A stretch of 64,000 bases of DNA from Pelagomonas calceolata (Eukaryota), in the NCBI GenBank assembly GCA_918797485.1, contig CAKKNE010000002.1, forward strand, positions 3,472,001-3,536,000, given 5' to 3'. This document shows, one piece after another, positions 34,892 to 47,979 of the stretch (positions are counted from its first letter, which is position 1; every line of letters starts with the position of its first letter). Position numbers and translations under genes: made by a program. Under the pieces are notes generated by a model. The model was given only the letters and a program-made list of their open reading frames with translations, did no database searches and had not been told where the DNA came from.

Positions 34892-35521
34892 ATGAGACTA
34901 TTTCAGGCTATCGATATGGTAGAGATTAAGTCTTCGTTGGGTCTCCAACAAGTCATTTTCTACCAGGGAATGTGTGCCTTTGTTTTTAAAAAAAAGCCTG
35001 CTGATAGATCAAAGTAGGTTCTCGTTGCTTTACTTTGCTATATGTGGTGGCTGTCTCCTGAACAAGTTACAGAACTACAAGTTCCAAAATAGCATCTTAT
35101 TCATTTTGACATTGCCCATATTTTCACTGTGGTGTTGTATTGAAATTGTTAGAATAGGACTTGGATATATTGGAAATCTCTTGGAAAAAGTCCCGATGAT
35201 ATCTGCATTCTTGCTTCTCACTATATTCCCACAGCTTGTTGCGATATTATTTCTCACATTTCTCCAAGATCCGGTATAAAATACATTGATTTAAATTTTC
35301 TAGACCCAAAAATTGCGAATTAGGTGTTCCCCTTTGATACTGCGGCAGGTTCAATGATGATACTATTCCTACTTTCTGAGCTGTATGTTGGAAGGCTTAC
35401 CTTTAAAACTCTTATCGAACGTCAGACAGCACAATTCTTTCGACTGTGTCAAGAGGAAGAAATGGAACGCATACTCAACACCACCTTTGTCAACCGTCCA
35501 TCAGCTGGCCGAGGTCGATAG
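34892..35521 (+). CDS. TMEM17: Transition-zone membrane protein, TMEM17/TMEM216 family; 3 exons
   Basis: IKSSLGLQQVIFY, IEIVRIGLGYIGNLLEKVPMISAFLLLTIFPQL, four hydrophobic segments. Confidence 0.8.
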
Positions 35522-38170
35522 GTACTTTTGCTTATCTTAAGGCAATAGGCCTAGTATACCAAGTCAGCGAGTCGGGAATCACCCGTTTCATTGACATGGT
35601 CTCAGATCGCAGACGTGCCACGCGAGGCCGGGGAACGTTAGAGGGTCTGGTACGGCGCGCTGATCCGATGACAAGGCTGAGGCGCGACTGAGGCGTCGCC
35701 ACTGCCCGTCCCCTGAGAAAAAGGTGTGCAAGGGACCCACGATATGGGCTCCCGCAAATTAACACTGTTGATAAGTACCAAGGCTTCAAAATGATTACGT
35801 CCTGCTGTTATTCGTCCGTACTAAGCATTTTGGTCACCTTCTTGATGTACGTCGCATTGTGGTGGCAATGTCCCGCGCGAGACTAGGCGTGTACGTCTTG
35901 GGCCGCCTGTTCACCTTAAAATCTTGCATGCAGCGAAGTTTTTGTAGCCAGTCTGGCCACAACGTCCACGATCCACCAGGAAATTTGGTCTTTTCATCGA
36001 TGGACCTATAGAGATGGGCATCCTTGTCAGTCAACTCGCTAGTCGCCATTCAATTTTGTAGTGGCTTCCGGGGTTTACTCCCCCCGCCACCATAGTCAAT
36101 TCCAGTCGGGGTTTGGGAGGGGTCACTGACGGCAGTCCTGGCCACTGGCAGACTCCAGGCCGGGGGGGCATCTAGCAGTCCTTCGAGTTCAAGTTGCCGT
36201 TTCCGGGTAGTACCTACGGTAACTAGACTGCAGGAGTGCAAGAAATATGAAGAAATATATATATACCCCCCGGGCCTATCTCCTAATAGGAGACTCGGAC
36301 TCCTATCCCACTCCCCCGGGCCTCACTTTCACTCTCCTATACTAGGCTATAGTCCCGCCGCCTTGACCCGTAATAAAGATTACCCATTCATTCACGCATA
36401 GTGTTAATATTACACGGGGAGTCAACTACTAGTACAGCCAAACCCACTCACACCGTTGCAGGGTGACAGCAGAGTGCCGTCCCCTATATTTACCCCGCAA
36501 CTAGCTAGTAGTCATCCCGAGAGTCCGCTCCTAGCCTGAGAGACTCGGAGAGCCCACCGGCCCGCCCCGGCCGGCCGCCGTTACGTTTCTGGGGCCGCCC
36601 GGGCCTTACTTGAGCGAGCTTGCCTTAGGTGGCAACCGCTCGCCAAGCTGCCTACTCAGGCTCACCAAAGTTGAGCCTCCGGGTTCCACTGCCAGTGACA
36701 GTGAGAGCGCTAAGTTTGAGCGAGCTCTCCGCAGCGACCGAATATGACCGCGCAAGAGGTGCTGGGCAGTCCGAGTCCGAGTCACGGTCACGGTCGCCTC
36801 CTGCCACTGGCAGTGCAGTCACTGGCACGGTGCGCCTGCGAGCGTGCGTCTTAAGCTGCCAGTGCTGCCCCCCGCGAGGCCCTGTTCGGCGCGCGGCCGG
36901 CGCCGCGAATAGATCTCCAGATCCTACTCTCCAGACTCGATTCCAGCCCTCGGCGAGCCAGTACGCCTGTGCTCATGTACAAGTGGTACCGCCTGTGCTC
37001 TAAGAGCCGGTACGTAGGTACAAGCTGGTACTTGGATTAGACACAGTAGGGGGGGGGGACTATGAAACGGCAGAGTACACGTACATACGCAGCTAGCCTG
37101 CCGCAGTACATAAAGCAGATCAAAGGTACGAGCGGCGTAAACGGCCGGCCTGTACAGCTCGATTGCGAGCATTTCGCTACTTGGATCGTCTTCTAACTCC
37201 TCCATCGTGCCGAGTTACAGCCCGGCGAAGGTTGCGAGAGCATAGTCGCGCCTCTGCGAAGCCATAGTCGCGCGCACCGGGGCAGCGGTATTGCGGCTGC
37301 CCAAAGTACCAGCGCGGGCGTCCTACGACGCCTCCACCCACCTGGTATCGACGCCAACACGACGGTCTGACGTCAACACGCGGACACTCTCGGACAGCCG
37401 TCGTAGAGCGGCCCCACATAGACTTATGGTGCAGTGGTAAGCTCCGTGCGACCGCTCCGACAATGCATACGGGTCACTAGCTCGATGTCCGCGTGCTTTT
37501 CGGGTAGGTCTTGACGCTTGTTACTGCTCTGGCGGCAGCCCGCGGATAAGGCCTCGACAGCCTCGACGGAGCACTAAATCGTGGTGTGGAAGGCGACCGG
37601 ACGGCCAGATGCCTGCGATATCATCCATAAGCATGTCCATGGCGCCAGAACTTGGAAGGATGTGGCGAAATGTGAGTTAGGAGTTCCAGGTCGAGAAGAG
37701 CTGTACCGCTACCTCAAAACTAAGCCAAAACTTGCGTCGTTTGCCAGCCTCCTGGTCCGCACACACGAGGTGAATTACTGGGGCTCCAAAACTGCCCTCT
37801 TTTGTCGTGATGGGACGCGTTGCCTTGAAGTCGTGGGCGGCCGGGCTAGAGCTCCGCAGTGGTGTTCGTGCGTCGTCTAGAGCCGATTCCGAGAGTGCTG
37901 CCTCGACGGGCGGCGCTATTCCGCAACCCCCGTGGGCCCGCAGTAGCCAGAGACCACGCTAGGCACCCCTAATTCCTCGATTACGACTACTCTGTCCGAG
38001 ACTATCAGTACACTAAGCCTCGAAACTCTGCTATATTTAGTCCGTTGGACGCCATGCTTGTACCGAGGCATCCGCCGGTGGACGCTTCTCCCCGCTGGCG
38101 TAAAAAGGGGATATAGCTAGTATGAGTTGAAGCGCCAGTGGGGCTAACTACGGTTACTATGTCTAATCCT

Positions 38171-38227
38171 GGTACCACGGTACCGTAGGTACCGTAGGTA
38201 CCTACCGTAGGTACGGTACCGTGGTAC
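38171..38227. promoter_or_regulatory. GGTACCGTA array about 55 bp upstream of the IQ-protein start
   Basis: GGTACCACGGTACCGTAGGTACCGTAGGTACCTACCGTAGGTACGGTACCGTGGTAC. Confidence 0.55.
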
Positions 38228-38280
38228 AACTAGTACGGCAATTGTATAACGTCGCATGTGATCGCACCAATGAAACTAAT

Positions 38281-41200
38281 ATGATGACACAGAGGCAATG
38301 CGAGCCTGTATCTGCGGTCACAACGCAACCGGCGAATACACCTCCATCACTGGGTTTACTTACCGAAGTAGAGCATCGTCAATTAAATTGTGTCCCAGCG
38401 TCAGGCGTGGCGAAATCGAGGACGGAACGACTGCAAACACAGCTAAGTGCTCTTGGTCGCCAAGAATTGTGTTTATCCCCCACATCCATGCTCTCAATTT
38501 CAAACTATGAACACCATGTAGTCACAGAAGCTAGTCTCAAGTATCCTTTCTTGTACGACTCTGTGAAACGTACAGGAAAAGGTCATGCACAGCAGAACAT
38601 ACCGGATAGCCGTAGGCTGCAATCTACGGAGCTATCGGCATTGGCGGCTGAAATGAATCTAGCAACAAAACCAAGACTTTTGAGCATTGAGTCCTCATTT
38701 GGGACTTCACCAAGCAAGTCTGACTCACGTGTCTCGTGGTCGTTTGCATTTGCTAGTGTAGTGTGCTTACGTAGGTTGAAATCAGGTCCGAGGTACAGAC
38801 ATGTACTACGACGCGGTCATGTTAGGATTTCGAAGCCGCTTTTTATCGAGAAAATGGGAAGAGCCAAGGCGAGTCCATCCGTGACCATTCAATGTGCTGC
38901 TCGACGGTGGCTTGCTTGCATTGAGATGCACAACCAAGCAAAGCTACGAACATTGCAGGCCAGGCGCGAACACTGTTCACTGATTCAGCTCATAAGAGTC
39001 AGGCAGATGGCAGTTGATACTGCACAGAAAACTGCTCGCAACACCATGTCAAGATCGTCAGCGCAGCAACATTCTGAGTACACCAATGCCTTGACTATTT
39101 TACAGTATTACGCTCGTGGTCGTGTTGGAAATCTCACCCTGACCAAGTTGCGTCAAGGAAGCTTGATATTGATGTCGACAGTTCTCTTGATACAGTGTCA
39201 TTGGCGAAGAAAGCAGAGTTACAAAAGCGCTGGCATAGCACGTGTGACAGCTCTTTCGATGAAACTTACACAATTTGTCCAGGGGCGATCTCTTGGGCAG
39301 CGGAAAAACTTCCAGACTCATGGTGCTGTCGTTTCACTTCAAAAGTATTGGCGAAAGCGCGCACAAATGCGCCAGCTACGGTTCAAGCATGATTATCTTC
39401 GTGAGCTCAGTGCCAATGTTATCCGCGGTTGTATTTTGCGTTTGATCTCTCGCACACAGCGTCGCCATCGCCGTTTGGCAGACAGGACCGTCCGTTAGCT
39501 AGAGTCTTAAAGTCGTCCTTTTATAGAAAATGACATTATAGAAAATGACATCATTGCTTCGCGCAGGTAACTCATATAACAGAATTGATCGCGATTAATG
39601 TCCAAACGCTATATCGTCGGCGGGCCGCAATGCTAGTCGTAAAGCAGATGCACCTCGATGCTCGTGTTGATGTTATGGCACGGCACAAGTATCGTGTTCA
39701 ACGACTAGCGTCTTTACGAATTTTTATAGCAGATAGCAATTCAGTAAGTACATATCCCAATCAATGGAGACGCTCTGTGGTTCGAGCATACAGACAATTT
39801 CTCGTGGCGTCTGCAAGCGCTGGCGTCCCCTGTAGGATAGCTGGAAGATCCACCAGATTATTGGCTGTTGTCAAAGTTGGGGCTATTTACCGAGCCTACT
39901 CCTGTGCCTCACGTGTACAGTCGAGGTTGCTGCAACAGCGACTTCGTGACAGCGCTGCAGACGCAAAAACACAGAGAGGCTATGTTGTTGAACTACAGCA
40001 GTGTGCGCGCGCGTGGTTGGCTCAATATCATGCTAGAAGAAAATACTTGAATCATTCTAGCATCACAATTCAGAGGTTTGCTCGCGGTAAACTAGGGCGG
40101 CGACGAATTTATCATATTCGTAAAAAGCTCGCTGCTGTAATTTCCATTCAGGCAACTGCACGCAAAGCTGCAGCTACTAAAACATATCATCCCCAACTTC
40201 GATGGCTGCAGCAGCTCAAAGTCCCCACTTCAATCCTCCAGAGTCAAGTTCGTCGACTTAAATCTATTGTATTGGCTACGAAATTGCGCGAAGCTGTAGT
40301 CTTTGATAACGAAAAGATCCTTAGAGCACACAAAAACCTCTGTTACTGTCGCCAAATTGTGCGTACTGAGCTTTGCATTGAATCATATAGAGGCCGCGCC
40401 AAGTACCGAGGAGAGTTTCAAGCTATTTTTGCGAAGTACTGTCGTAAAATATCGACGTCAAAACAAAGTTTTTCAACTCATTCATGCATCAAATTACTAG
40501 GTGTGCACCCAGCTGTCGAGTTAACCTCGAGTAAGCGGCAAATGCAGCCACGCGCGATCTCCCAAGATATCACGGTGCGAGGCAGAACGCTTACGGAAGA
40601 CAACAGTCAGTTGGTACAGCAAGCCCATTGCTATGGTGCAAAGATGTCCGCGTCAGAATTTACTCGGCTATTCAAGGACACTTCTGGGGCGGTTGTTGGT
40701 TTCAGTCGGCCTTCAGCCAAAGAAAGGTCATACAATGGAATAAAAACCAGCGATCTTGAAGTAATTTTTGCTCGTGAAAAACGCCATGGTGAGAAGTGCA
40801 TTACATTTGATATCTTCTTGGCACTCAGCATCGTATGAAATTCGCGCGTATTAGTGCTAATGTGTGTTATGCCCAGGTTTGCCTGGAAGAAGTCTGCACA
40901 CAGCTAAATCTCAGTGGAGAAAGTACCATGGGGCGTCTAGCTGATGGTCGCTTTGAAAAGGTGCTTTCTATGCTCATTCATGTATGGTTACAGGAAAGTT
41001 GGGCACTTGATATAAGATATGCTCTCGAAGCACGTGTGGATAGAAAGCTTGAAACAAGCGTAACATCCTTACAGACGTTCGCTCGTTCGGTTGCTGCTCG
41101 TTATTATGTGATCGCCAAAAAGAAAACGCACTACAATGGTGTGCATTCACGTGCCACAGCAGGTGCCGCTATTTTTATCCAAACGCGGCTCGCACGCGGT

Positions 41201-43129
41201 CCTGCTGCTCGTGCACGTACGGTTGTGATGGCCCTGCGTGCCTTTAAAAAATACGCAGTGGATGATAATGAGATGCATCAGTACTCTATTCCATGCAACG
41301 AACTGAGCCATGGCTCCACCTTATGTTACTGGGCTTTTGTCGGTCTAGAGAGTGAAAATTCTCGTAGCAGGTCCATTCGAAAGGCGACACATACCCGAGT
41401 CGCATGGGCGAAACCTAAGCTTCTGCGTAATGCTGACGTACAAAAGATCTTGCGCAGACCTTCTCTTCGAACTGCGTTCATTGTTGATTGTGCCTTTTGT
41501 GGGATCAGGGCTGCAGAAAAAGTATGCCTTGACTCATGCGCTGACCCGTTTTTTACGCGTAGCATATAATCAAATTGTGAGAGAAGGCTATTGCGCCTTT
41601 GTAGGTACTGTAATGAATGTTGGGATGCAGTCCATCGCCGCGGGAAACGGCAGCAGCATGCCTTTCGTGCCATTGTAATATGCGTGGACTGTGGTGGTAG
41701 GCAACCTGCCAGTCGCATCTGTAGTACCTGCTCGGCATCTGCGGGTTGCATTGTCTCTCTCTGTGACGTACATTAATCTGTGCCGTGATTTGTCTTTTGG
41801 ATCACTCACAGCATATGAGCCAGGTATGTTTTCATAGTCGCCATGCTTTGTGCTTGCAGCAAAATCACTCACAAGACAATGCATTGAGCGATCAGAGACT
41901 GAGATCTGATGCACTCAGGCCACACCGTTGGACACCTCTTGTTCAGCCCTGCACATTCTGTGGTAATTTTGCAGCTAGGTGGCTGTGTCCGCCATGCAAG
42001 GAGTCTTATTGTGCTGACTGCTACTCACAACTTCACGGGCGTGGTGCAAGTCTGGCACACGCATGTAATCGCCTGGGCTACTACACGGCAGAGGATCAGC
42101 TCCGTGACGAACATTTCTTCCGAGCAAGCGCACGGCGCTCCATCGAACGCCATAAGAAAGAACTGGCTCGTAATTCTGAGCCCATATTGCGCAAGCAAGC
42201 AGCACTAGCGATCCAAAGATCATATCGCGCCGCGAGTGGACGTGCCTTGGGTCGCAGCTGGCTTCGATCGGCAAGGGCAAAGCAATCTTACCAGCAACGG
42301 CAAACTCACTATTCGAAAAGCTTGTGCATCCGTCGGATCCTTGGGCTTACTAGTCATACATTATTGCCACATGATGCTAAGGAGCAGATTGCAATGGAAA
42401 GGACATTATTCTGGAAGTGCCAGCCAGCGAAACATAGTAACCATACTCATAATTCATAAGATGCAATTCAGGCGCGCACGCGCTCGATACTTTATCCTTC
42501 AAAATTGCACAGATGCCTCCCTGAATGGCGATTTGCCCACTGATCCAAAGAGGATCCAGGGACAGGGCTTTGGAATTGGCAGTACTGGCGAACTTGCAGA
42601 TCAGGCATCTTTTGGCGGGGTTCGGCTACCAGGTCGCGCTTTCCCAGTTGAAGGTACCAAGCACGTCAATGTATCACATGACCTACGCAAGTTGTTGCGG
42701 CCAGGTGATCGAATCCGCATCGGAAGTAGCCTTTGTCGCCTCCACAAAACTCATCCAGGAGCAGTCGATAGAAATAGCCTACAGCTACGGTTCTGTTGGG
42801 TTAAGCCGGACATAGGTGCTACAGGCTTGTGTCTATATCGTTTACCACCTCAGGGACAAGCAGGTAAAATGTGGACAATGATTGGGCGCATCATGTATGA
42901 GAATCAGCTCACACAGATCCTGATCAAAGGATATTGCGGCTTTCATTTCAAAGTTTGCGAGTATCAACGAGTGTGGGCAAAGAGGCTGCATCATAGGCTC
43001 CCCAAAGTCGCTAGTCAACTCCAAAAGTGGTCCGCTCAGCATGAGGGAATTCAGCAGCGGGTCCAGTGGTGGACAATGGACTGGCAACAAGTTCTCGAGT
43101 CTCGTCGTAGGAAAGCAGACAGGTCGTAA
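38281..43129 (+). CDS. Large multi-exon IQ-motif protein with a p25alpha-like segment and B-box-type Cys/His clusters
   Basis: Many IQxxxRxxxxR motifs (TIQCAARRWLA, TIQRFARGKLGR, AIQRSYRAASGR); MSASEFTRLFKD...TSDLEVIFAREK..EKCITFDIF; CTFCGNFAARWLCPPCKESYCADCYSQLH. Consecutive ORFs are separated by intron-sized gaps. Confidence 0.75.
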
Positions 43130-43683
43130 AGATTCGTCTTCCGTATTCCCAATTGAATAAATAAATAATTAGAAATCGAGGATGGAGGAGGCAGGAGGCA
43201 GGCGAGGCATAACTACACATCACGCCGCGCCAGATCCCGCGCCCCCAGGCTTCCCAGGAGCCGCTGGCACACTCCAGCTGTGGCATGCCAGTGGATCATT
43301 GCATGGATCCCTTCCGACGCGTGATCGTGACGGTCACCCCGAGCTTGAGGTTGTTGGTGAACATAGAACCAGGCTCCTGTGAGAGAGTAAGGGGAAGGCT
43401 CAAGTTAACCGTGACTGACTTGAATTTCACTGGCGACTGGAGCCTGAGCCGCATGATGATGTTGCGGTTGCCCCTCCCGGGGCCGAGTCACTCACTGGCA
43501 GACTAGCCGCACTGGCAGGCTTCTACAGGCGAGGCCGCACTGGCACCCAGTTTCGTAGATCGCACCGCGTATAAGCATCCAGAATGCACTGCCATAAGCT
43601 ACCTACGGTACTAGTAGGGATCCGGCATGTCAGTATAAATCTTTGTAAGAGTAGTAAGAGTAGTCGGCGCTAGTTGGCGCAGC

Positions 43684-46600
43684 ATGGACTTGGGAGATTT
43701 GTGGAGCTGGGACAAACATAAGTTGGGTTGTAAGATCCGTGTTGAAACTCATAATCCTGCGCTTGACGAACTTAGGGAGACAACAGCAGCGGATGGATGC
43801 AGGCGCGAAAACAACGTACGGACGACAGCTAGTTCTATCGAAGTATCCAATTCACCGGCTGTGTTGGTGGGTAATCAACATGATTCGCAGCGCACGATGT
43901 CAAACACTCGTAAGAATATCTACAAGAAGTTTTTTGAAATTCCACGAAGTCCACCAGCCAAAATTATTCTTGACATGCAAAAAGAACGGCTCAGGCTCAA
44001 CTTGTCGACGTCGGCTTATGCACCACCACATTCACTGATGAAGACTCGGTCTGAAGAAAAGTCTATCCTGTCACCGAAATTGTACCAGCGCCAACGAGAA
44101 TGGGAAGTCCAATCTGACGTCAACTCCGGTGACCTCTTGATGATGACGCAAGATGGTCACAGCGGCAAAGTCATACATCATGCCAGCCGTGATGCTCATC
44201 ACACAAAGCACAAACTCCAGAAGCAGGCCAAGCCGATATTGAACCAGATGCACTTATCTTATAAATCTAGTACGCCAAAATGTGATGCACAGGAGGACTT
44301 TGCTGGCGTGGAGAATGCATCACAACTAAAGGACGAGCCAGATGCACAGAAAGCTAAACTGGACTGCGTCAATTCTATTGCGGCGTGGTCAGCTCATGGC
44401 GAGAATGTTGCGCGCTTAGCTGAAGAAGGCGCTGTGCCTGGAATCCTGATGTTATCACAGGACGAGAATGAGAGTGTGCGCGGAGCATGTGCTACTGCCT
44501 TTGGACATATGTCACGACACGCTGAATTATGTGAGCAGCTCATGAAGCACAACGCTGTGCCTGTGATCTCCGACCTTGGTATCAACACCATAGATGCCAC
44601 AATCTCCCGTGATTGCACCTTAGCCTTAGTTAATTTGACCACCGTAGATGGAGTTGAAGCAAAACTGGTTGAAGACGGGGTTGTGGTATCTTTTCTAACC
44701 CTTATGAACCAGCACGAAATACATTCGGAAGCATGTAGTTATGGTCTTTTCAATTTGACTTGTGTAGATCAGCCCTACATGCATATAGAGCGTGTGATCA
44801 AGGCCTTTGTGTCACTGGCAACAAGCACCGACGCAACAGTAAAGCACATCTGTGCAGCAGCTCTCTGCAATCTCTCAGACATTAAGCCTATTTGCTCTAG
44901 GATAGTTGAGGAGGGTGTAGTCCAAGTTGTTGGACTTTTGGCGAGAGGAGCCGAGGCTAGGACAAGACGGGTCTGCGCTATTGTTTTGCATTCGCTTGCG
45001 TCCACAAGAGCATGCCGCGCTGATATGGTAACAAAAGGCGCAGTGCAGATTCTCTATGCGCTTTCTTCGGACGCTGACACAATTACACTACACTACATTG
45101 CGTCTGCTACCACTCGCCTGGCCACGGATGCACAAAATCTCCCCAGGCTTGTGCACGAGGGTGGTGTAACTGCACTGTGCAATATTTGTCTTAGATGTCC
45201 ACAAGATATTCCAACTACAAAACTCTGTGCTTCCGCACTTTGCCTTCTTTCACAACAAGCAATCGGCCGACAGGCCATAGTCCAGGAGGGCTGTGTGCCT
45301 GCTCTTGTTTCGTTGTTGCACGAGTCTTCCGATTTGTCTACCATTCAGCAAGGACTCTATGCCCTTACCACTCTCCTCGCGGATGAAAATAATCATGAAC
45401 AAGTGCTGGGCCAGGGTGGTATAGCTGCCGTTATTGAGCTTTGTGGTCATGCATCGCCAGTAATCCGTGAGGCCTGTTCTCTGGCATTGTTCAATTTTTC
45501 CTGCGGCAAGGCTCCCCACGAGAGGGGCATTTCTGCGTCTGCGATTCCAGCCATTATTGCTTTATCGAGGCTGCCTGAACCCCGAACACGTATGCGCTGC
45601 GCGGCTACACTTTGCAAGCTTGCCGCATTTGAGGCTAATGTTAGTCTCATGGTTGATGAAGGTGTTGTATCAGCTTTTATTGATATGCTTCAAACTGGAG
45701 ATCAGGATATTGTTAAGCATTGTTGTGTGGCCCTTTGTCGTCTCGCCCACGAAGGCTCCTCTGCAGTCACTATTACTGAAGGTGCGGTGCCAAAGGTAAT
45801 CGCCGGGTGTGGTGGAGAGTCCGATCCCACAACCCGCATATCTTGCTGTGCAGTTCTGTCCGCTGTGTCTGCACACGAGCCATGTCGTCGCCCTCTTTGT
45901 GCCATGGGGACACTCGAACCTCTCATTTCACTGGCTCGTGATCGCGGGGCGGATGACACAACACGGCTTAGATGTGCCGTGGCATTTGCCAATTTGTCGC
46001 ACGAGCCCGCCGTGCAGGGCGAAATGGTGAAGGCGGGGGTCGTGCCAGTTGTTGCGGAGTTATCAAATTCGTACTGCGAAGAGAATCAGTTATATTGTGC
46101 TCGAGCACTTTGCAATCTTGGCTGTCATTCAGGATCCGAGCAGGCCATCGTTGAACAGGGGGGCGTGACTGCTCTCATGATGATTTGTATGGTTCGTGCA
46201 GTGTCGCATTTTACCAAGCAAATTTGTGCAAAAGCTATTCTAAATCTTGTGTGTGCACCTCTCGTTATTAAAGATTGGCTGCCACAACTTGCCGATGAGG
46301 GTCTAGTGCAGGCTGTGTCAGTTCTTTCGCGTTTGCCTGAAGAACAGACAATGGGCGTTTGTGCATCAATCTTTTGCACAATCTCAGCCCATGGTCTTGT
46401 TGGCAGGCAGCTTCTTGTTAAGCGCAGGTCCACTCTCAAGGACATCTTCAGTTTGATGCGCTCAAGTGATAAGGCCACCCAGACTTTCTGCGGTAAGGCA
46501 GTATTTAATTTGCTTGGCCATGCCGACTCCCAGACCTATGCTGTCCAGGCTGGTGCAATTCCCGTCCTTTCAACTCTCTGTACCCTGGGAGAGCCCGAGG

Positions 46601-47979
46601 TGGAGACTGCGGCAGCGGATATTTGTTTACTACTCTCGGGAGAGGCGGCCTATCGCCAGGAGATTACTGAGGCAAATGTGGTGCCGGCTTTAATTGAAAG
46701 TGCTAAATCTCCAAACCCTGCTACCTGCCAGTCAAGCCTCCGCGTTCTTGCGCACTTGGCATGGTGGAGCCACATGCGCACATGCATCATTCACGCAGAA
46801 GTGATGCCTACGCTTGCTTCTCTAATTGAACAGACGCCTAGCATTGAACCAGGGGATTTATTAACCGAGAAATTGATTCTGCATATTATAACATATATTA
46901 GTTGTGTGTCAGAGGAATATAAAGTCATGCTTGTCCAAAATAATATTATCCCTCTGCTCGATATCCTGTTCTGTAGATTAAGTTCGTCCGGAGACATAGC
47001 ATGTGCTTTGCACGCTCGTAAATTTATTGCCATGTCAGTTCGATCCTTGACCGCTTCCCAAGGCGCCATTAACAAGCTCGTCGGGGACGGTGCCATAAGA
47101 CTTGTCTGCAACATTATGTGTGCTGGGGAAGATACAAATTCAGATGTTTATGAGAACTGTGCAATATCATTATATTCGGTTGCTCAAACACAGTACTACA
47201 ATGATGTATTGTTGGAGCAAGGTTTACTGAAAGCAATCTCAAGGCTAGCACAGCACCCAGAGTGCTTTGGAATTGCTGCGTCAATCCTGTATTTATTGTC
47301 CAGTGACCCACAACATCGTGAGCTAGTTGTTCTAGACTCTGGTGCACGCAACTTGCTTTTTGCCATTGCGGACCAACCAACCCACTCCAAATCAGCCATC
47401 CAGTTTTGCGCTCAGACCTTATTCTGTCTGTCGCGGTGTGCGGCAGAATCCCGTGAGGTACTTATCTCTGCTGGTCTTGTTCCTCTCTTGCTCCGCCTTT
47501 CTGGACATGATGATGAGAAAGTTGCCTCCCCTTGCTCTGAGGCTTTAAGAAATCTGAGCTCTGAGGGATCTAGTGCCATTGAGGAAGGGACTGTTTCTAG
47601 ACTCCTCGCAGAGGCACTATCTTATCCCCGCGAAAGAAAGAGCGCAGCCATCATTGACGTTTCTCCGGCCAAGGTTTCTGCAAGGCCGCTTGTTTTGGAC
47701 AATTATGGTCCCTCTAGTGATATTTTATGTCATCTCTTGATCCAAAACTTTAAGCCTTTTACAATATCTATCATAAAAATGATAGGCGGGGTCGCTGGCT
47801 CTGGCCCAGCACCTCCCGAACCCCCAGAGATGGATGTTCATGATCCTGCCAATCACGTTTCTTTTGACGGCACTGATAACACGGACGATGATGAAAATAT
47901 AGGCGCTTCAATGATGTTTGCAAAGATGAACACGGAATCTCTTTCCATTTCAAACCATCAGCAACTGATGTTGCAATGA
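43684..47979 (+). CDS. Armadillo-repeat protein (Vac8-like repeats), 1431 aa, apparently intronless
   Basis: Repeated GxVxxLxxL...CAxALxNL units. Confidence 0.9.
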   Translation: MDLGDLWSWDKHKLGCKIRVETHNPALDELRETTAADGCRRENNVRTTASSIEVSNSPAVLVGNQHDSQRTMSNTRKNIYKKFFEIPRSPPAKIILDMQKERLRLNLSTSAYAPPHSLMKTRSEEKSILSPKLYQRQREWEVQSDVNSGDLLMMTQDGHSGKVIHHASRDAHHTKHKLQKQAKPILNQMHLSYKSSTPKCDAQEDFAGVENASQLKDEPDAQKAKLDCVNSIAAWSAHGENVARLAEEGAVPGILMLSQDENESVRGACATAFGHMSRHAELCEQLMKHNAVPVISDLGINTIDATISRDCTLALVNLTTVDGVEAKLVEDGVVVSFLTLMNQHEIHSEACSYGLFNLTCVDQPYMHIERVIKAFVSLATSTDATVKHICAAALCNLSDIKPICSRIVEEGVVQVVGLLARGAEARTRRVCAIVLHSLASTRACRADMVTKGAVQILYALSSDADTITLHYIASATTRLATDAQNLPRLVHEGGVTALCNICLRCPQDIPTTKLCASALCLLSQQAIGRQAIVQEGCVPALVSLLHESSDLSTIQQGLYALTTLLADENNHEQVLGQGGIAAVIELCGHASPVIREACSLALFNFSCGKAPHERGISASAIPAIIALSRLPEPRTRMRCAATLCKLAAFEANVSLMVDEGVVSAFIDMLQTGDQDIVKHCCVALCRLAHEGSSAVTITEGAVPKVIAGCGGESDPTTRISCCAVLSAVSAHEPCRRPLCAMGTLEPLISLARDRGADDTTRLRCAVAFANLSHEPAVQGEMVKAGVVPVVAELSNSYCEENQLYCARALCNLGCHSGSEQAIVEQGGVTALMMICMVRAVSHFTKQICAKAILNLVCAPLVIKDWLPQLADEGLVQAVSVLSRLPEEQTMGVCASIFCTISAHGLVGRQLLVKRRSTLKDIFSLMRSSDKATQTFCGKAVFNLLGHADSQTYAVQAGAIPVLSTLCTLGEPEVETAAADICLLLSGEAAYRQEITEANVVPALIESAKSPNPATCQSSLRVLAHLAWWSHMRTCIIHAEVMPTLASLIEQTPSIEPGDLLTEKLILHIITYISCVSEEYKVMLVQNNIIPLLDILFCRLSSSGDIACALHARKFIAMSVRSLTASQGAINKLVGDGAIRLVCNIMCAGEDTNSDVYENCAISLYSVAQTQYYNDVLLEQGLLKAISRLAQHPECFGIAASILYLLSSDPQHRELVVLDSGARNLLFAIADQPTHSKSAIQFCAQTLFCLSRCAAESREVLISAGLVPLLLRLSGHDDEKVASPCSEALRNLSSEGSSAIEEGTVSRLLAEALSYPRERKSAAIIDVSPAKVSARPLVLDNYGPSSDILCHLLIQNFKPFTISIIKMIGGVAGSGPAPPEPPEMDVHDPANHVSFDGTDNTDDDENIGASMMFAKMNTESLSISNHQQLMLQ

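Noticed and set aside
37420..37495. tRNA-like start TGGTGCAGTGGTAAGC
   Set aside because: No GTTCRA T-loop or convincing acceptor stem downstream
38171..38227. GGTACC arrays and word clusters as CRISPR arrays
   Set aside because: No constant repeat with unique spacers, no cas genes, eukaryotic context
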